NCBI GenBank assembly: GCA_963662275.1
Contig: OY759316.1
Location: 768,001 to 832,000 of the forward strand
DNA from: Candidatus Cloacimonadales bacterium
GTDB taxonomy: Bacteria > Cloacimonadota > Cloacimonadia > Cloacimonadales > DAONDQ01
DNA length: 64,000 bases
Direction: 5' to 3'
The notes beneath the pieces are model-generated. The model did no database searches. It worked only from the letters and a program-made list of their open reading frames with translations, and had not been told where the DNA came from. The translations under genes were made by a program, and so were the position numbers. Below, in pieces: positions 1 through 10,377 of this stretch. Numbering within the stretch: the stretch's first letter is position 1; every line of letters begins with the position of its first letter.

Positions 1-1
1 T

Positions 2-250
2 ACTCACAAAATAGACGACTATGAGCAATTTAAAGCCTTCTATACACCCAAAAACAGCAACGAACCTGAAATTCATGGTGGGTTTGCTAGTTCTCATTGG
101 TGTGGAGATGGTGCTTGCGAAACCAAGATCAAAGAAGATCTGAAAGTTACCGTTCGGTGTATTCCTTTGGATGCTGTACTCGAAGATGGAATCTGTATTT
201 GCTGCGGAAAACCATCCAAACGTCGCGTGATTTTCGCTAAAAGTTATTGA
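2..250 (+). CDS. proS: Prolyl-tRNA synthetase, C-terminal part (archaeal/eukaryotic type, Zn-binding tail); 5' truncated by window
   Basis: Manual translation of frame 2: ...EIHGGFASSHWCGDGACETKIKEDLKVTVRCIP...CICCGKPSKRRVIFAKSY*, typical ProRS C-terminus. Confidence 0.9.
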   Translation, partial: THKIDDYEQFKAFYTPKNSNEPEIHGGFASSHWCGDGACETKIKEDLKVTVRCIPLDAVLEDGICICCGKPSKRRVIFAKSY

Positions 251-324
251 TTATCTGCTTCATCGCAGAAAGGAAGATACATTCATCAATACCATGAGAC
301 CAGATTGGGTAAGCGGGACATTAC

Positions 325-1560
325 ATGATTCGTGATAATATCCAGATATGCTGTATCACGATTGGTAATGAGATACTTCTAGGAAAGACAGTTAACACCA
401 ATCTGGCTTTCATAGGTAGAGAACTGACCAGGATTGGTTTGGTTTTAACCAGTTCAATCACGATACCCGATGATGCTGATGTTATTCGTGAAACTCTCTC
501 TGATGCCTGGCAGATGAACGACATTGTTATTACGACTGGTGGTTTGGGACCAACGTCTGATGACATTACAAAGAAAGTAATAGCTCAATTTTTCGGTAAA
601 GAATTGGAGTTTTCTGAGAGAATCTGGGAAAATGTTCAGGGTATTTTTCAAAGAAGAGGGATTTTAATACCAAATATAAACAGAAACCAGGCAGAAGTTC
701 CACACGACTTTACTCCTTTAACAAATAACTATGGAACCGCTCCAGGGTTGTATTATGAAGAGGCTGGGAAACAGTTCTTCGCTCTTCCGGGCGTTCCTTT
801 GGAAATGAAATATTTAATTTTAGAGCAAGTAATTCCTATTTTACACGATAAATATCCTCGTTCACCGCTCCTAGTGCTTACGATTCATACATTTGGTATT
901 GCTGAATCTGCCATTGCAGAAATGCTTTCAGACCTAGTTATTCCTGATGGGTTAAACCTGGCATATTTACCACAGACAGGAAGAGTGGATCTACGTATCT
1001 ATGGTTCCAACCAGGAAGCATTTGAGAATGTTGGTATGTATCTGGAGACAATACTTCAACCCTATATTTGGGGAATAGATAATGATGAACCGGATGCAAT
1101 ATTGCATAAAATTATGTTGAGTTCCGGGAAAACACTGTCTCTAGCTGAATCATGTACCGGCGGATTAGTACAGGAAATGATTACCAGGCATGCTGATTCT
1201 TCCAGGTATTTTATGGGGGGAGTTGTATCATATAGCAACACAGTTAAGAAGGAGCTGCTTCAGGTTTCGTCACAAGATTTGGAGTTTCATGGTGCTGTAA
1301 GTCATGAGGTTGCAATTGCCATGGCAAAGGGTATCCAAAAACTCTTAAAAACAGATATTGGAGCAAGTATAACTGGCATAGCAGGTCCATCCGGTGGAAC
1401 AGAGGAAAAACCTGTAGGTACCGTTCATATTGCTGTTACCGATGGCAGACAAATAAATCATGAGGAAATGCATTTTAGCGGAGATCGCGATTCTATCAGG
1501 AAGAAATCGGCTGAAAAGTGTATTTTTATGATCTATAATATGATAAAGAACATGGCTTGA
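325..1560 (+). CDS. cinA: CinA family competence/damage-inducible protein (MoCF domain + NMN deamidase)
   Basis: IGNEILLG...NTN, TGGLGPTSDDIT, AESCTGG, GAVS, SITGIAGP motifs. Confidence 0.95.
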   Translation: MIRDNIQICCITIGNEILLGKTVNTNLAFIGRELTRIGLVLTSSITIPDDADVIRETLSDAWQMNDIVITTGGLGPTSDDITKKVIAQFFGKELEFSERIWENVQGIFQRRGILIPNINRNQAEVPHDFTPLTNNYGTAPGLYYEEAGKQFFALPGVPLEMKYLILEQVIPILHDKYPRSPLLVLTIHTFGIAESAIAEMLSDLVIPDGLNLAYLPQTGRVDLRIYGSNQEAFENVGMYLETILQPYIWGIDNDEPDAILHKIMLSSGKTLSLAESCTGGLVQEMITRHADSSRYFMGGVVSYSNTVKKELLQVSSQDLEFHGAVSHEVAIAMAKGIQKLLKTDIGASITGIAGPSGGTEEKPVGTVHIAVTDGRQINHEEMHFSGDRDSIRKKSAEKCIFMIYNMIKNMA

Positions 1561-1570
1561 GGAGTAAATT

Positions 1571-2830
1571 TTGAGGATTCTTATCATTGGTAGCGGTGCC
1601 AGGGAACATGCTATAGCTGATGCCTTTAATAGAAGTCCCAAAGTACAAAAGATATTTGTGAGCCCTGGAAATGCAGGAATCAAAAAGAATTATTCATTAT
1701 TGCCATTCGTTTCATTTGAAGAGATAGTGACCCAAGTCACGGAGAATCAGATAGATATCGTATTCATTGGACCAGAGCATTATCTTGCTGATGGAATTGT
1801 AGATTATTTAGAAAAGAATAAAATCAAGGTCATTGGTCCAAGCCAAAAAGCATCCCGACTAGAATCGAGTAAGATTTTTGCCAAGAATCTGATGCAGAAA
1901 TTACATATACCAACAGCATTTCATCGAGAATTTCATAATTTAGATGAAGCGCTGCTTTATTCAGTTCATTGTTCCTATCCTCAAGTCATCAAAGCGGATG
2001 GATTGGCAGCAGGGAAAGGTGTTAGAATTGTACAAAATCCGATAGAGGCAAAATATTTTCTAGACGAATTGATGAATTCTAATAAATATGGCAATGCAGG
2101 TAATTCTGTGATCATGGAAGAATTCTTAGAAGGTTGGGAGGCCTCTGTATTTGCATTTTGCGATGGCTTACATTTTCAAACTACAATTTTTGCCCAGGAT
2201 CATAAGCGGCTTTTAGACAACGACATGGGACCTAATACAGGGGGGATGGGTGCATATGCACCAGTTTTAGCTGCCGAAGTCTATCGAAGCCAGGTGGAAG
2301 ATATAATTTTCAAACCGATTTTTAATGAACTTTCTGCAGAAGGTTACCCTTTCAAGGGAATCTTATATGCAGGTTTAATGATAACGAAACAGGGTCCCAA
2401 AGTTGTCGAATTTAATTGTCGACTGGGAGATCCTGAAACGGAAGTAATATTGCCTTTACTAAAAACAGATATTTACGAGATTTGTACCAGAATTCTCCAA
2501 TGTGAGATGGACTCTATTACTTTAGAATGGAATTCTGGTTTTGCTGTTGGTGTCGTTGCAGCAGCAGCCGGTTATCCAGAAGTATACGAAAAAGGGGCTG
2601 AAATTCAGATTTTAGGTAAATTAGATACAGATACTCATCTCTATTATGCTGGAGTATCGAGTTACGATGATAAACTTGTTACGAATGGCGGACGTGTGTT
2701 ATGTTTGACTGCACTGGCAGAAGATATGGATACAGCTATTGCCAAGGTCTATAAGAATTTACAAATGATTCATTTTGATCATTGGCAGTATCGTCATGAT
2801 ATAGCTTCAAAATGGGAAAAATTAGGTTAA
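1571..2830 (+). CDS. purD: Phosphoribosylamine-glycine ligase
   Basis: IGSGAREHA, KADGLAAGKGV, GPNTGGMGAY, EFNCRLGDPE motifs; TTG start after GAGGAG. Confidence 0.97.
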   Translation: MRILIIGSGAREHAIADAFNRSPKVQKIFVSPGNAGIKKNYSLLPFVSFEEIVTQVTENQIDIVFIGPEHYLADGIVDYLEKNKIKVIGPSQKASRLESSKIFAKNLMQKLHIPTAFHREFHNLDEALLYSVHCSYPQVIKADGLAAGKGVRIVQNPIEAKYFLDELMNSNKYGNAGNSVIMEEFLEGWEASVFAFCDGLHFQTTIFAQDHKRLLDNDMGPNTGGMGAYAPVLAAEVYRSQVEDIIFKPIFNELSAEGYPFKGILYAGLMITKQGPKVVEFNCRLGDPETEVILPLLKTDIYEICTRILQCEMDSITLEWNSGFAVGVVAAAAGYPEVYEKGAEIQILGKLDTDTHLYYAGVSSYDDKLVTNGGRVLCLTALAEDMDTAIAKVYKNLQMIHFDHWQYRHDIASKWEKLG

Positions 2831-2845
2831 CTCCTGGAGAGATAC

Positions 2846-5800
2846 ATGAATAAGCATCTTTTAGTATTAATCAGCTTTGTTCTGTTTGTAACGTGTTTGT
2901 TTGCGAAGCCATTTACGATCATTTCGCAAAATGCAGACCATATAACTTTAAAATTCATTCTTCCAAAATATCAGTTAAAAACAATCCAACTATCAGGAAT
3001 TGATTATCAAACGATTCAAGCAGATGGTTCCTCTTATCTATGTGATGAAGGGAAGCCTTTATTACCATATTATGCTGAAGTGATAGGTATTCCAGTAGAT
3101 GGAGATATCAGTTTTAATATCCTCAGCCAAAAAACAGAAATACTCCGCAATGTGATGATTCAGCCTGCTGATCGGATGAAAGTTGATGAAAATGGAGTAT
3201 CGAATTCGTTTTATAAGGACATAAGCACCTATCACAGCAATGCCACATATCCAGGGCAGATATTGATGAAACGTGAAACGGCATTTATTGGGGATAGGCA
3301 TATGATACCAATTCATTTGATTCCATTTCAATATAAAACTGCCCTAAAAGAACTCACAATAGTAACTGAAATGATCTTTGATATTCAAATCAATGGTTCT
3401 AAAGCAGAGACAAGAGGATGGACAACTTCGAAAAATAAAATTGATGCCGTAGCTGATTCATTATTTCTCAATAATGAATTCTCCAAGAAATGGAGAAAAC
3501 CCAAAGATGTAGCTCAGAATTATATAGCATCACGCGATGCTAGTGATCAGATCAGTACTGTGAAGTTGATAGTGAATAAAGAAGGAATTTACAAGATCAC
3601 TTATTCATATTTGAAATCACAAATTGAAATGCTCCAAGATTCACTAGGGATAACATTAGCGTGGAATATAGATGAGTTAAATCCTCGATACTTGGAATTG
3701 TCAAATCATGGAAGCCCAGTACCTATCCATTTCCAAGGAGAATCAGATGGTAGATTTAATACGAATGATTATTTTGAATTCTATGGAGATATGAATCATG
3801 GTCAAACCTCATATTTTGATAGTTACACAGATGGAAATGTCTTTCAACTGAAATTATCAAATGACTTTGGTGCCCGGATGGTAGTAGAAAATGGTGGATT
3901 GGTTTCAAATTCGGCTCATTATACAATTCCTGATGCTTTTGAATCTACGATACATCTTGAGCAACAACAGGTTATGGATAAGTTAGGGAATATGTATACT
4001 ACTGATAATCATTATTATCGAGAAGATAATTGGTTTTGGCGTAAGATTACAGCTCCCAATTTAGAAATTATTCCATTCCAGTTACAATATCCTAAAGATT
4101 CATCGATTCGGGGATTCCAAGCCAAAATATCTCTTGTTGGTATTACCTATAATGAAAGTCTTCAACCATCCGAAAATGATCATCATGCACTGGTTAGAAT
4201 CAACAATGCATTAATTTCTTCCCGAAATTGGCGGAATCAGAATGAACAGATCTTTGCGAATTCGCAGCCATTGGCTAATGCATATCTGAGAAACGGCACA
4301 AATACATTATTCATTGATTTACCTGGAGATACTGCTCAAGGTGATCGTGAACAGATAGCACTTGACTATGCTGAAATTAAGTATTGGCGTCTATACAAAA
4401 CATCAGTGGATTATATCAAATTTTCTAAACCATCTTGGCAACCGGCAAAACTTTTTCAATTTACTTTAGATGGTTTCAGCAATGATCAGATTTCCATCTA
4501 TAAAATCGGTTCCAGTATTATGAATAATCTTCAGATCGAACCGTTTACAATAAGTGGAGGGGCACCCTATAAAGTCACTTTCCAGGATAGTGTAAATTCA
4601 AATGATGTTTGGTTTTATGCGATAACGGAAAATAACAAACTGTTACCATCAAAGGTGGGTATTGATTATCCTTCAGATTTACTGAATCCTGCGAACGCTG
4701 CAGACTGTCTTATTGTGACAGCACGTGATTTTATGAATAATGAAGGTACACTCCTCTATCAACAGCTTTGGGAACAATTAAATCATACTGTAAAGATTGT
4801 TGATATTCAGGATATTTATGATGAGTTTAATTATGGCATAAAATCTCCTGATGCACTAAAAGATTTTATTCGCTATGCTTATAACAATTGGAGTGCTCCC
4901 CAACTTGGATATATCTTGTTATTGGGAGAAGGAACAGATGACGAACGTGATTTCAGTGATACAGAGCCTTTTAATATCATACCTGTAAAAAAATTATGGA
5001 CTTCAAAACATGGAGCTACCGCAAGTGATAATTGGTATGCTTGTATTGTGGGTGAAGATCAAATAGCTGATTTAGCAATATCGAGAATTAATGTTTGGAA
5101 AAATGAACAAATACTACCAATTGCACAAAAATCACAAAAGTATATCAATACTCCCTATACTACTGATTTATGGTATGGACAGGCAATAATGGCTTCAGGT
5201 GGAAGTACTTCAGAGGGTGGAGATATTTTTGCGCAACAATGTGAAGAGACTAGAAAAACAACTATTCCAGCGGATTATTATGTATCAAGGGTTTATGCAG
5301 CAACATCTCCAGCATTATCTCAATATTTCGGAGGAACTCAAGAGTTAAAAGATAAAATTAACCAAGGTACAACTTTTCTTCAATTCATGGGGCATGGAGG
5401 AGGACGTATCTGGGCTGACTATAATCTATTCGATTTTAATGAAGTAGCTACCTTGAACAATCATGTATATCCTTTTGTTAGTAGTCTTGCATGTTATTGT
5501 AACTCATTTGACACAAAGGGAGTATCCTCGATAGGTGAAGCATTTGTTATGCAAACTGATAAAGGTGCCATTGGTTCTATAGGATTTACTGGTTTGGGAT
5601 ATTTATATCAGGACTTAGATTTCAGTTTGGCTTTATCAGAAGGTATGTTCAAATATGATTTTGCTACTATTGGAGATATCATTCAATATACAAAGGCAAG
5701 ATTCTTTTCTACAAGTTATGGAGCTGCATTGGATGCTTTAACTATGGGATCTGCAGAAATAGGTGATCCCATGATTCGAATAAAAAAACCTATTAAAATC

Positions 5801-7834
5801 ACCAATATTGACGTTAATAATAAGTATGTATACAGTCCTGGAGATACTCTAGAAGTAAAGGTTCAATTCCCAAGTAGTGTTACTAAAGCACGTCTCAATG
5901 TATTTGATGATAAGGAAATATTAAAAAATATCCCTTTTGATATTCAAGTTACTAATGGATTGTTCATTATCAAATATGTTTTTCCGAATATTTTATCAAG
6001 TTCGTATTTCCGAAGAATCAGGGTCTCTGGTGCAGATAACGAAAATGAGTATTTAGCAATAACAGTAGTTGCCGTTGGGAGTTCGAATATTACAGATATC
6101 GTCCTTACTCCGACAAGTCCTTCCATTGCTGATTCTGTACAGATTGAAGCTCGAGCTTCTGATCCTAATGGATTGATATCCGTTACTTGTAAAGTCCATA
6201 AAAAAAATACTGATAGCAGCCAAATTATTAGTATTCCTATGGTTCTAATCAATCCAGAAACGAATATATATCGAACAGCAACTGCAATACCTGCCGCAAC
6301 AGCTGGATCAATGATGGAATATTGGTTTCATATTGTCAATTCTCTGAATACTGTTACTGAGACTCTTGTAAATAATTATACTGTAGGGGGACCTGACTTG
6401 TTCAGCAAAGATATCCGTTACACAAGAATTGCCCATCAGCCAGTAGTAGAAGTGTTAATAAAAAACATGGGTACAACAGCTAGTTATGCAACTGATCTTA
6501 GATTGTATACTGTTTCTGGAAGTCCTTATCATTACACTTTGGAACAAACTCAGGCAATTCTACCCTTTGCTCCAAATACAGAAAGATGGGAACAAATTAT
6601 TTTAGATAGACCTTATCATGAGGCTGTTACTTTCGAAGCAAGAGTTAATCAATCAAATGCGTTTTCTGAATTAGGTTCCAGAGTGAATAATAATATTCAG
6701 ATGATTACTAGTGTTAATGATTTTGTGGCAACCAATTCTCCTTTATCAATCCAGAGTATAGATCAGAATTTGACATGTATTATTCCAACAGGCTTTGTAC
6801 AATCAGGTTTAGAAGTTGATGTTTCGATTCTGGATTTGCTTCCAAAAACAGCCTTAAATCAACCTGATGCTGTGCAACTGAAAATGGCGGATAACAACCT
6901 CTCGATTCCTTATTCTCTGGAAATTACTGATCCTAGTGTTGTAGATTCATTAGGATATTTTTTAAGTCCGTTGAAGATCAACATGAAATTCTATTACAGT
7001 TCAACTGATTCACTTGTACAACTTCAGGAACAAGAAAGTAACTTCAAAGTTTATCGTTGGGAGGAAGTATATCGTAAATGGGTACACCAAGGAGGGGAAA
7101 TATCTGCGGATTCGGATTTTGTGATTTACGGAATAAACAGAACCGGAATTTATGCATTATTGCAGGATAACGATTATGTCATACCATCCATTGATGCTAA
7201 TGTCCAAGATCAGGAATTCTCCTATGGTGGCTTGATTTCTGGAAATGGGGTAATATCGATTTTACTGAGTGATACAAATGGGATCGATATTTTTAAGTAT
7301 CCTATGAAAATGTCCTTAGATGGTGAAGAGATTGATGCATCTAATTACACAATTAGTTATCAGCCAGATTTGATAAATCGCATACCAATAAAATATCAGT
7401 TAAATTTGGATCAGGGTGAATATACCCTTTTGATTCAGTGTACTGATGTAAATGGCAATTTTAATAGAAGAGCTATTAACTTTATCGTGAACACGAATTT
7501 TAATATAACAAATCTGGCTAATTATCCTAACCCAGTAATCAACAGAGCCTATGAACCAGTCAATGACGCTCGTACTAGATTTACCTATATTCTTACGGAT
7601 GATGCTGATAAAGTAACCATTAAAGTATATACTGTATCCGGAAGATTAGTAAGAACTTTTAGGGATATGCCTTCAGGTATCGGATATCATGAGTATCCCC
7701 GTACAGTTTATGGTTGGGACTGTACAGATGAACAAGGTTTTGAACTTGCCAATGGAGTTTATTTTTACAAAATAATCGCTGAAAAGGGTAAGAAAAAAAT
7801 CGAAAAAATTCAGAAACTAGCCATTTTGAAATAG
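2846..7834 (+). CDS. C25 family (gingipain/PorU-like) cysteine peptidase with signal peptide, propeptide and FlgD-Ig/T9SS-type C-terminal domain
   Basis: QDIYDEFNYG, SDNWY, GHGGG (catalytic His), LAC (catalytic Cys), GDP; C-terminal NYPNP...GVYFYKI. Confidence 0.85.
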   Translation: MNKHLLVLISFVLFVTCLFAKPFTIISQNADHITLKFILPKYQLKTIQLSGIDYQTIQADGSSYLCDEGKPLLPYYAEVIGIPVDGDISFNILSQKTEILRNVMIQPADRMKVDENGVSNSFYKDISTYHSNATYPGQILMKRETAFIGDRHMIPIHLIPFQYKTALKELTIVTEMIFDIQINGSKAETRGWTTSKNKIDAVADSLFLNNEFSKKWRKPKDVAQNYIASRDASDQISTVKLIVNKEGIYKITYSYLKSQIEMLQDSLGITLAWNIDELNPRYLELSNHGSPVPIHFQGESDGRFNTNDYFEFYGDMNHGQTSYFDSYTDGNVFQLKLSNDFGARMVVENGGLVSNSAHYTIPDAFESTIHLEQQQVMDKLGNMYTTDNHYYREDNWFWRKITAPNLEIIPFQLQYPKDSSIRGFQAKISLVGITYNESLQPSENDHHALVRINNALISSRNWRNQNEQIFANSQPLANAYLRNGTNTLFIDLPGDTAQGDREQIALDYAEIKYWRLYKTSVDYIKFSKPSWQPAKLFQFTLDGFSNDQISIYKIGSSIMNNLQIEPFTISGGAPYKVTFQDSVNSNDVWFYAITENNKLLPSKVGIDYPSDLLNPANAADCLIVTARDFMNNEGTLLYQQLWEQLNHTVKIVDIQDIYDEFNYGIKSPDALKDFIRYAYNNWSAPQLGYILLLGEGTDDERDFSDTEPFNIIPVKKLWTSKHGATASDNWYACIVGEDQIADLAISRINVWKNEQILPIAQKSQKYINTPYTTDLWYGQAIMASGGSTSEGGDIFAQQCEETRKTTIPADYYVSRVYAATSPALSQYFGGTQELKDKINQGTTFLQFMGHGGGRIWADYNLFDFNEVATLNNHVYPFVSSLACYCNSFDTKGVSSIGEAFVMQTDKGAIGSIGFTGLGYLYQDLDFSLALSEGMFKYDFATIGDIIQYTKARFFSTSYGAALDALTMGSAEIGDPMIRIKKPIKITNIDVNNKYVYSPGDTLEVKVQFPSSVTKARLNVFDDKEILKNIPFDIQVTNGLFIIKYVFPNILSSSYFRRIRVSGADNENEYLAITVVAVGSSNITDIVLTPTSPSIADSVQIEARASDPNGLISVTCKVHKKNTDSSQIISIPMVLINPETNIYRTATAIPAATAGSMMEYWFHIVNSLNTVTETLVNNYTVGGPDLFSKDIRYTRIAHQPVVEVLIKNMGTTASYATDLRLYTVSGSPYHYTLEQTQAILPFAPNTERWEQIILDRPYHEAVTFEARVNQSNAFSELGSRVNNNIQMITSVNDFVATNSPLSIQSIDQNLTCIIPTGFVQSGLEVDVSILDLLPKTALNQPDAVQLKMADNNLSIPYSLEITDPSVVDSLGYFLSPLKINMKFYYSSTDSLVQLQEQESNFKVYRWEEVYRKWVHQGGEISADSDFVIYGINRTGIYALLQDNDYVIPSIDANVQDQEFSYGGLISGNGVISILLSDTNGIDIFKYPMKMSLDGEEIDASNYTISYQPDLINRIPIKYQLNLDQGEYTLLIQCTDVNGNFNRRAINFIVNTNFNITNLANYPNPVINRAYEPVNDARTRFTYILTDDADKVTIKVYTVSGRLVRTFRDMPSGIGYHEYPRTVYGWDCTDEQGFELANGVYFYKIIAEKGKKKIEKIQKLAILK

Positions 7835-7842
7835 GAAGAAAA

Positions 7843-8853
7843 ATGAAAACAAAACTGATTATACTATTCCTTCTGTTGGTTAGCATACATACATTATTTG
7901 CAGGCCGATATGCTGGGGATTTTATGGCGATTGGCGCTGGGACACGTGCTTTAGGAATGGGTGGAGCTTATGCGAGTATTGCTGAAGATGGTTCATCTAT
8001 CTATTGGAATGCTGCTGGAATTGGACAAATAAGGCAGTCAGAAATGACTATGATGCATGCCTATTTATATAATGGCATTGCCTCCTATGATAATATAAGT
8101 CTTTGTCAGCCATTGCCTAATGATGTTACAATAGGTATCAATTGGATACGATTGACCATCGATAACATACCTCACTTCGATGAAAAGTGGTTAGTTGGAA
8201 CAAATGTTGACCAGCGTTCAACCAATCCGCAATATCACTTGCCTGGAACACCAGATGAAGAGTTTTCGAGCACGGATGATTTGTTTCAATTTGCATTTTC
8301 AAAACATACTTCCTATAAGGCAAATTTGGGTTGGCAATTTTTTGAAGTTCCATTTGATTTTTATTTTGGAGGAAATGTAAAATTTATTAAACGACGGATG
8401 TATGATCAACTTGGCTCAGGAACCGGTATTGATTTATCATTTATGACAGCAACGGATTTAGCGATACTCTTTGATCAAGCTTGGATGGGAAAATTGAATT
8501 TTGGAATTAATTTCCAAGATGTATCCGGTACAGATATCACTTGGGATGTAGCTTCCAATCACAAGGATCAAGTTCTTTTTAATACAAAATGGGGTATTTC
8601 CACAATTCAACCTCTTTCATTTATGAACTCACAGATACTGTTTGCCATGGATACAGACTATGCCTATAAAATCGTTCACCATTATGGAACTGAATTTCAA
8701 TATCACAAGATTGCTTCAGTAAGATTTGGATTTTATGACAGCAATTTTTCTACTGGAGTGTCATTCAAATTGTATGGTTTTAATATTGATTATGCTTTTA
8801 TTACCAATCCGCTTGGTAGTACAAATCGAATAGGTTTAAGATTTAACTTTTAG
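7843..8853 (+). CDS. PorV/PorQ-like outer-membrane beta-barrel
   Basis: Signal peptide; GAGTRALGMGGAY...SIYWNAAG N-terminal motif; C-terminal IDYAF...RIGLRFNF barrel end. Confidence 0.8.
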   Translation: MKTKLIILFLLLVSIHTLFAGRYAGDFMAIGAGTRALGMGGAYASIAEDGSSIYWNAAGIGQIRQSEMTMMHAYLYNGIASYDNISLCQPLPNDVTIGINWIRLTIDNIPHFDEKWLVGTNVDQRSTNPQYHLPGTPDEEFSSTDDLFQFAFSKHTSYKANLGWQFFEVPFDFYFGGNVKFIKRRMYDQLGSGTGIDLSFMTATDLAILFDQAWMGKLNFGINFQDVSGTDITWDVASNHKDQVLFNTKWGISTIQPLSFMNSQILFAMDTDYAYKIVHHYGTEFQYHKIASVRFGFYDSNFSTGVSFKLYGFNIDYAFITNPLGSTNRIGLRFNF

Positions 8854-8861
8854 GAGAATAT

Positions 8862-9641
8862 ATGCGAAAACACATAGTATTCATTCTCTTCATACTTATT
8901 CTGGTTGCTTTTGGTTGTACAGGGAAAGAAATGATAACAAAGGATAAAACACCTCCAGCAAAACCGGTTTTACTTCCTCACTTAGGAGATACAGGAGATT
9001 TTCCTGACTCTGTCTATTTCAATGGATCATGGGTATTATTAACAGATGATTCAAATGGCATCGATGCAATTCCAGATACTGATGGAATTCGACTATCTTG
9101 GATTCACTTTCTTGATCTTGATATCGATCTTGTGAAAATTTGGAGATTCAGCGATTTTTCTGAACCTGGTGTGATCGCTACAATACCACCATCACAAGAA
9201 ACATATACTGATGTAAAAAATGCTAAAATAAATGGTGACAGTTTGTATTATACTTACTCATATTTTATTGAAGTTATCGATAAATCCGGTAACAGTACGT
9301 TATCTGATACTGTATCATACAGGCTCCTCGAGAAACAAATTGCGCATTATCCGGCAAACGGGGCTACCGTAGCCACAATGGATAGTCTGAATTTCATTTA
9401 CTACAGAAGTGGAAATGTGACAAAATTCCGAATTCTATTGTTCGATGATTTACATAATTTAATCTGGTCACAGAATTATGAAGGAGAAGAGCAAACATCT
9501 TATGCAATTCGATATACTGGGACAACAGCTTTTCTTCCCAATACAACGCTGTTTTGGAGAGTAGATGCTTTCGAATGGGACAGCAGTTTAAATAAGTTTA
9601 TTGGTTCTGAATCTCTCGAAAATACGTTTTATGTTCGATAA
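8862..9641 (+). CDS. Lipoprotein of unknown function with FN3-like segment
   Basis: Lipobox AFGC; DKTPPAKP and YSYFIEVIDKSGN segments. Confidence 0.7.
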   Translation: MRKHIVFILFILILVAFGCTGKEMITKDKTPPAKPVLLPHLGDTGDFPDSVYFNGSWVLLTDDSNGIDAIPDTDGIRLSWIHFLDLDIDLVKIWRFSDFSEPGVIATIPPSQETYTDVKNAKINGDSLYYTYSYFIEVIDKSGNSTLSDTVSYRLLEKQIAHYPANGATVATMDSLNFIYYRSGNVTKFRILLFDDLHNLIWSQNYEGEEQTSYAIRYTGTTAFLPNTTLFWRVDAFEWDSSLNKFIGSESLENTFYVR

Positions 9642-9805
9642 TTTATTCTTACAGATGTGATTAACAAAGAAAGATGTAAGTTTAAATATAATTGGGTTTA
9701 ATCCAAATCTGTAAAGACAGCTCAAAGAACGTGAAGCAAGATGCTAAATTCGAATAGTCTTCAATAAAACGAAATGAGCATATGCTCAGAAATTGTATAA
9801 TTTGC

Positions 9806-9834
9806 TTGACTGAAATGGTGCTAAAATAGAATGT
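9806..9834 (+). promoter_or_regulatory. Putative sigma70-type promoter of the wza-like/wzc run
   Basis: TTGACT-N17-GAATGT upstream of 9866. Confidence 0.45.
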
Positions 9835-9865
9835 ACCATTTTTAAAATGCTTAGAAGGGGCAATT

Positions 9866-10366
9866 GTGAAGAAATTATTGCTTATTGTGTTACTGTCATT
9901 AATGTTGAGTATTGCATTATGTCAAATAGCTGGATCTGGTTCATATCCATCAATGCCAACAACGAACAATGCCTCTGCATATACCTATTCCGGAAGTATG
10001 AATAATGAAGAGAAGCTAAAGATTTATACATACATCTGGGGTCAGGTACTTCGCCCGGGGTTATATATTGTTCCTGATGATACTGATTTATTGACATTAT
10101 TGTCACTTGCTGGAGGGCCATCAGAAAATGCAAAACTAGCAAAGATCCGAATTATCCGCCCCACATCTACTTCCCAAAAAGTAATTCTCGTGAATCTGAA
10201 ATCATATATGGAAACTGGAAATGAGGCTCTTATTCCTATACTACAACCGGGAGATACTGTCATTGTTTCGGGTACAATATTCTACGCCTTTTCACGAGTA
10301 ACAGACTTTTTATCCAAAGTTGCATTAGCGCTCAGTATTTATTTGACAATACATAACTTAAAATAA
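9866..10366 (+). CDS. SLBB-domain polysaccharide export protein (short Wza-like)
   Basis: IWGQVLRPGLY...LAGGPSENAKLAKIRIIR...LQPGDTVIV SLBB motifs; directly upstream of wzc. Confidence 0.8.
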   Translation: MKKLLLIVLLSLMLSIALCQIAGSGSYPSMPTTNNASAYTYSGSMNNEEKLKIYTYIWGQVLRPGLYIVPDDTDLLTLLSLAGGPSENAKLAKIRIIRPTSTSQKVILVNLKSYMETGNEALIPILQPGDTVIVSGTIFYAFSRVTDFLSKVALALSIYLTIHNLK

Positions 10367-10377
10367 TTAGAGGATAT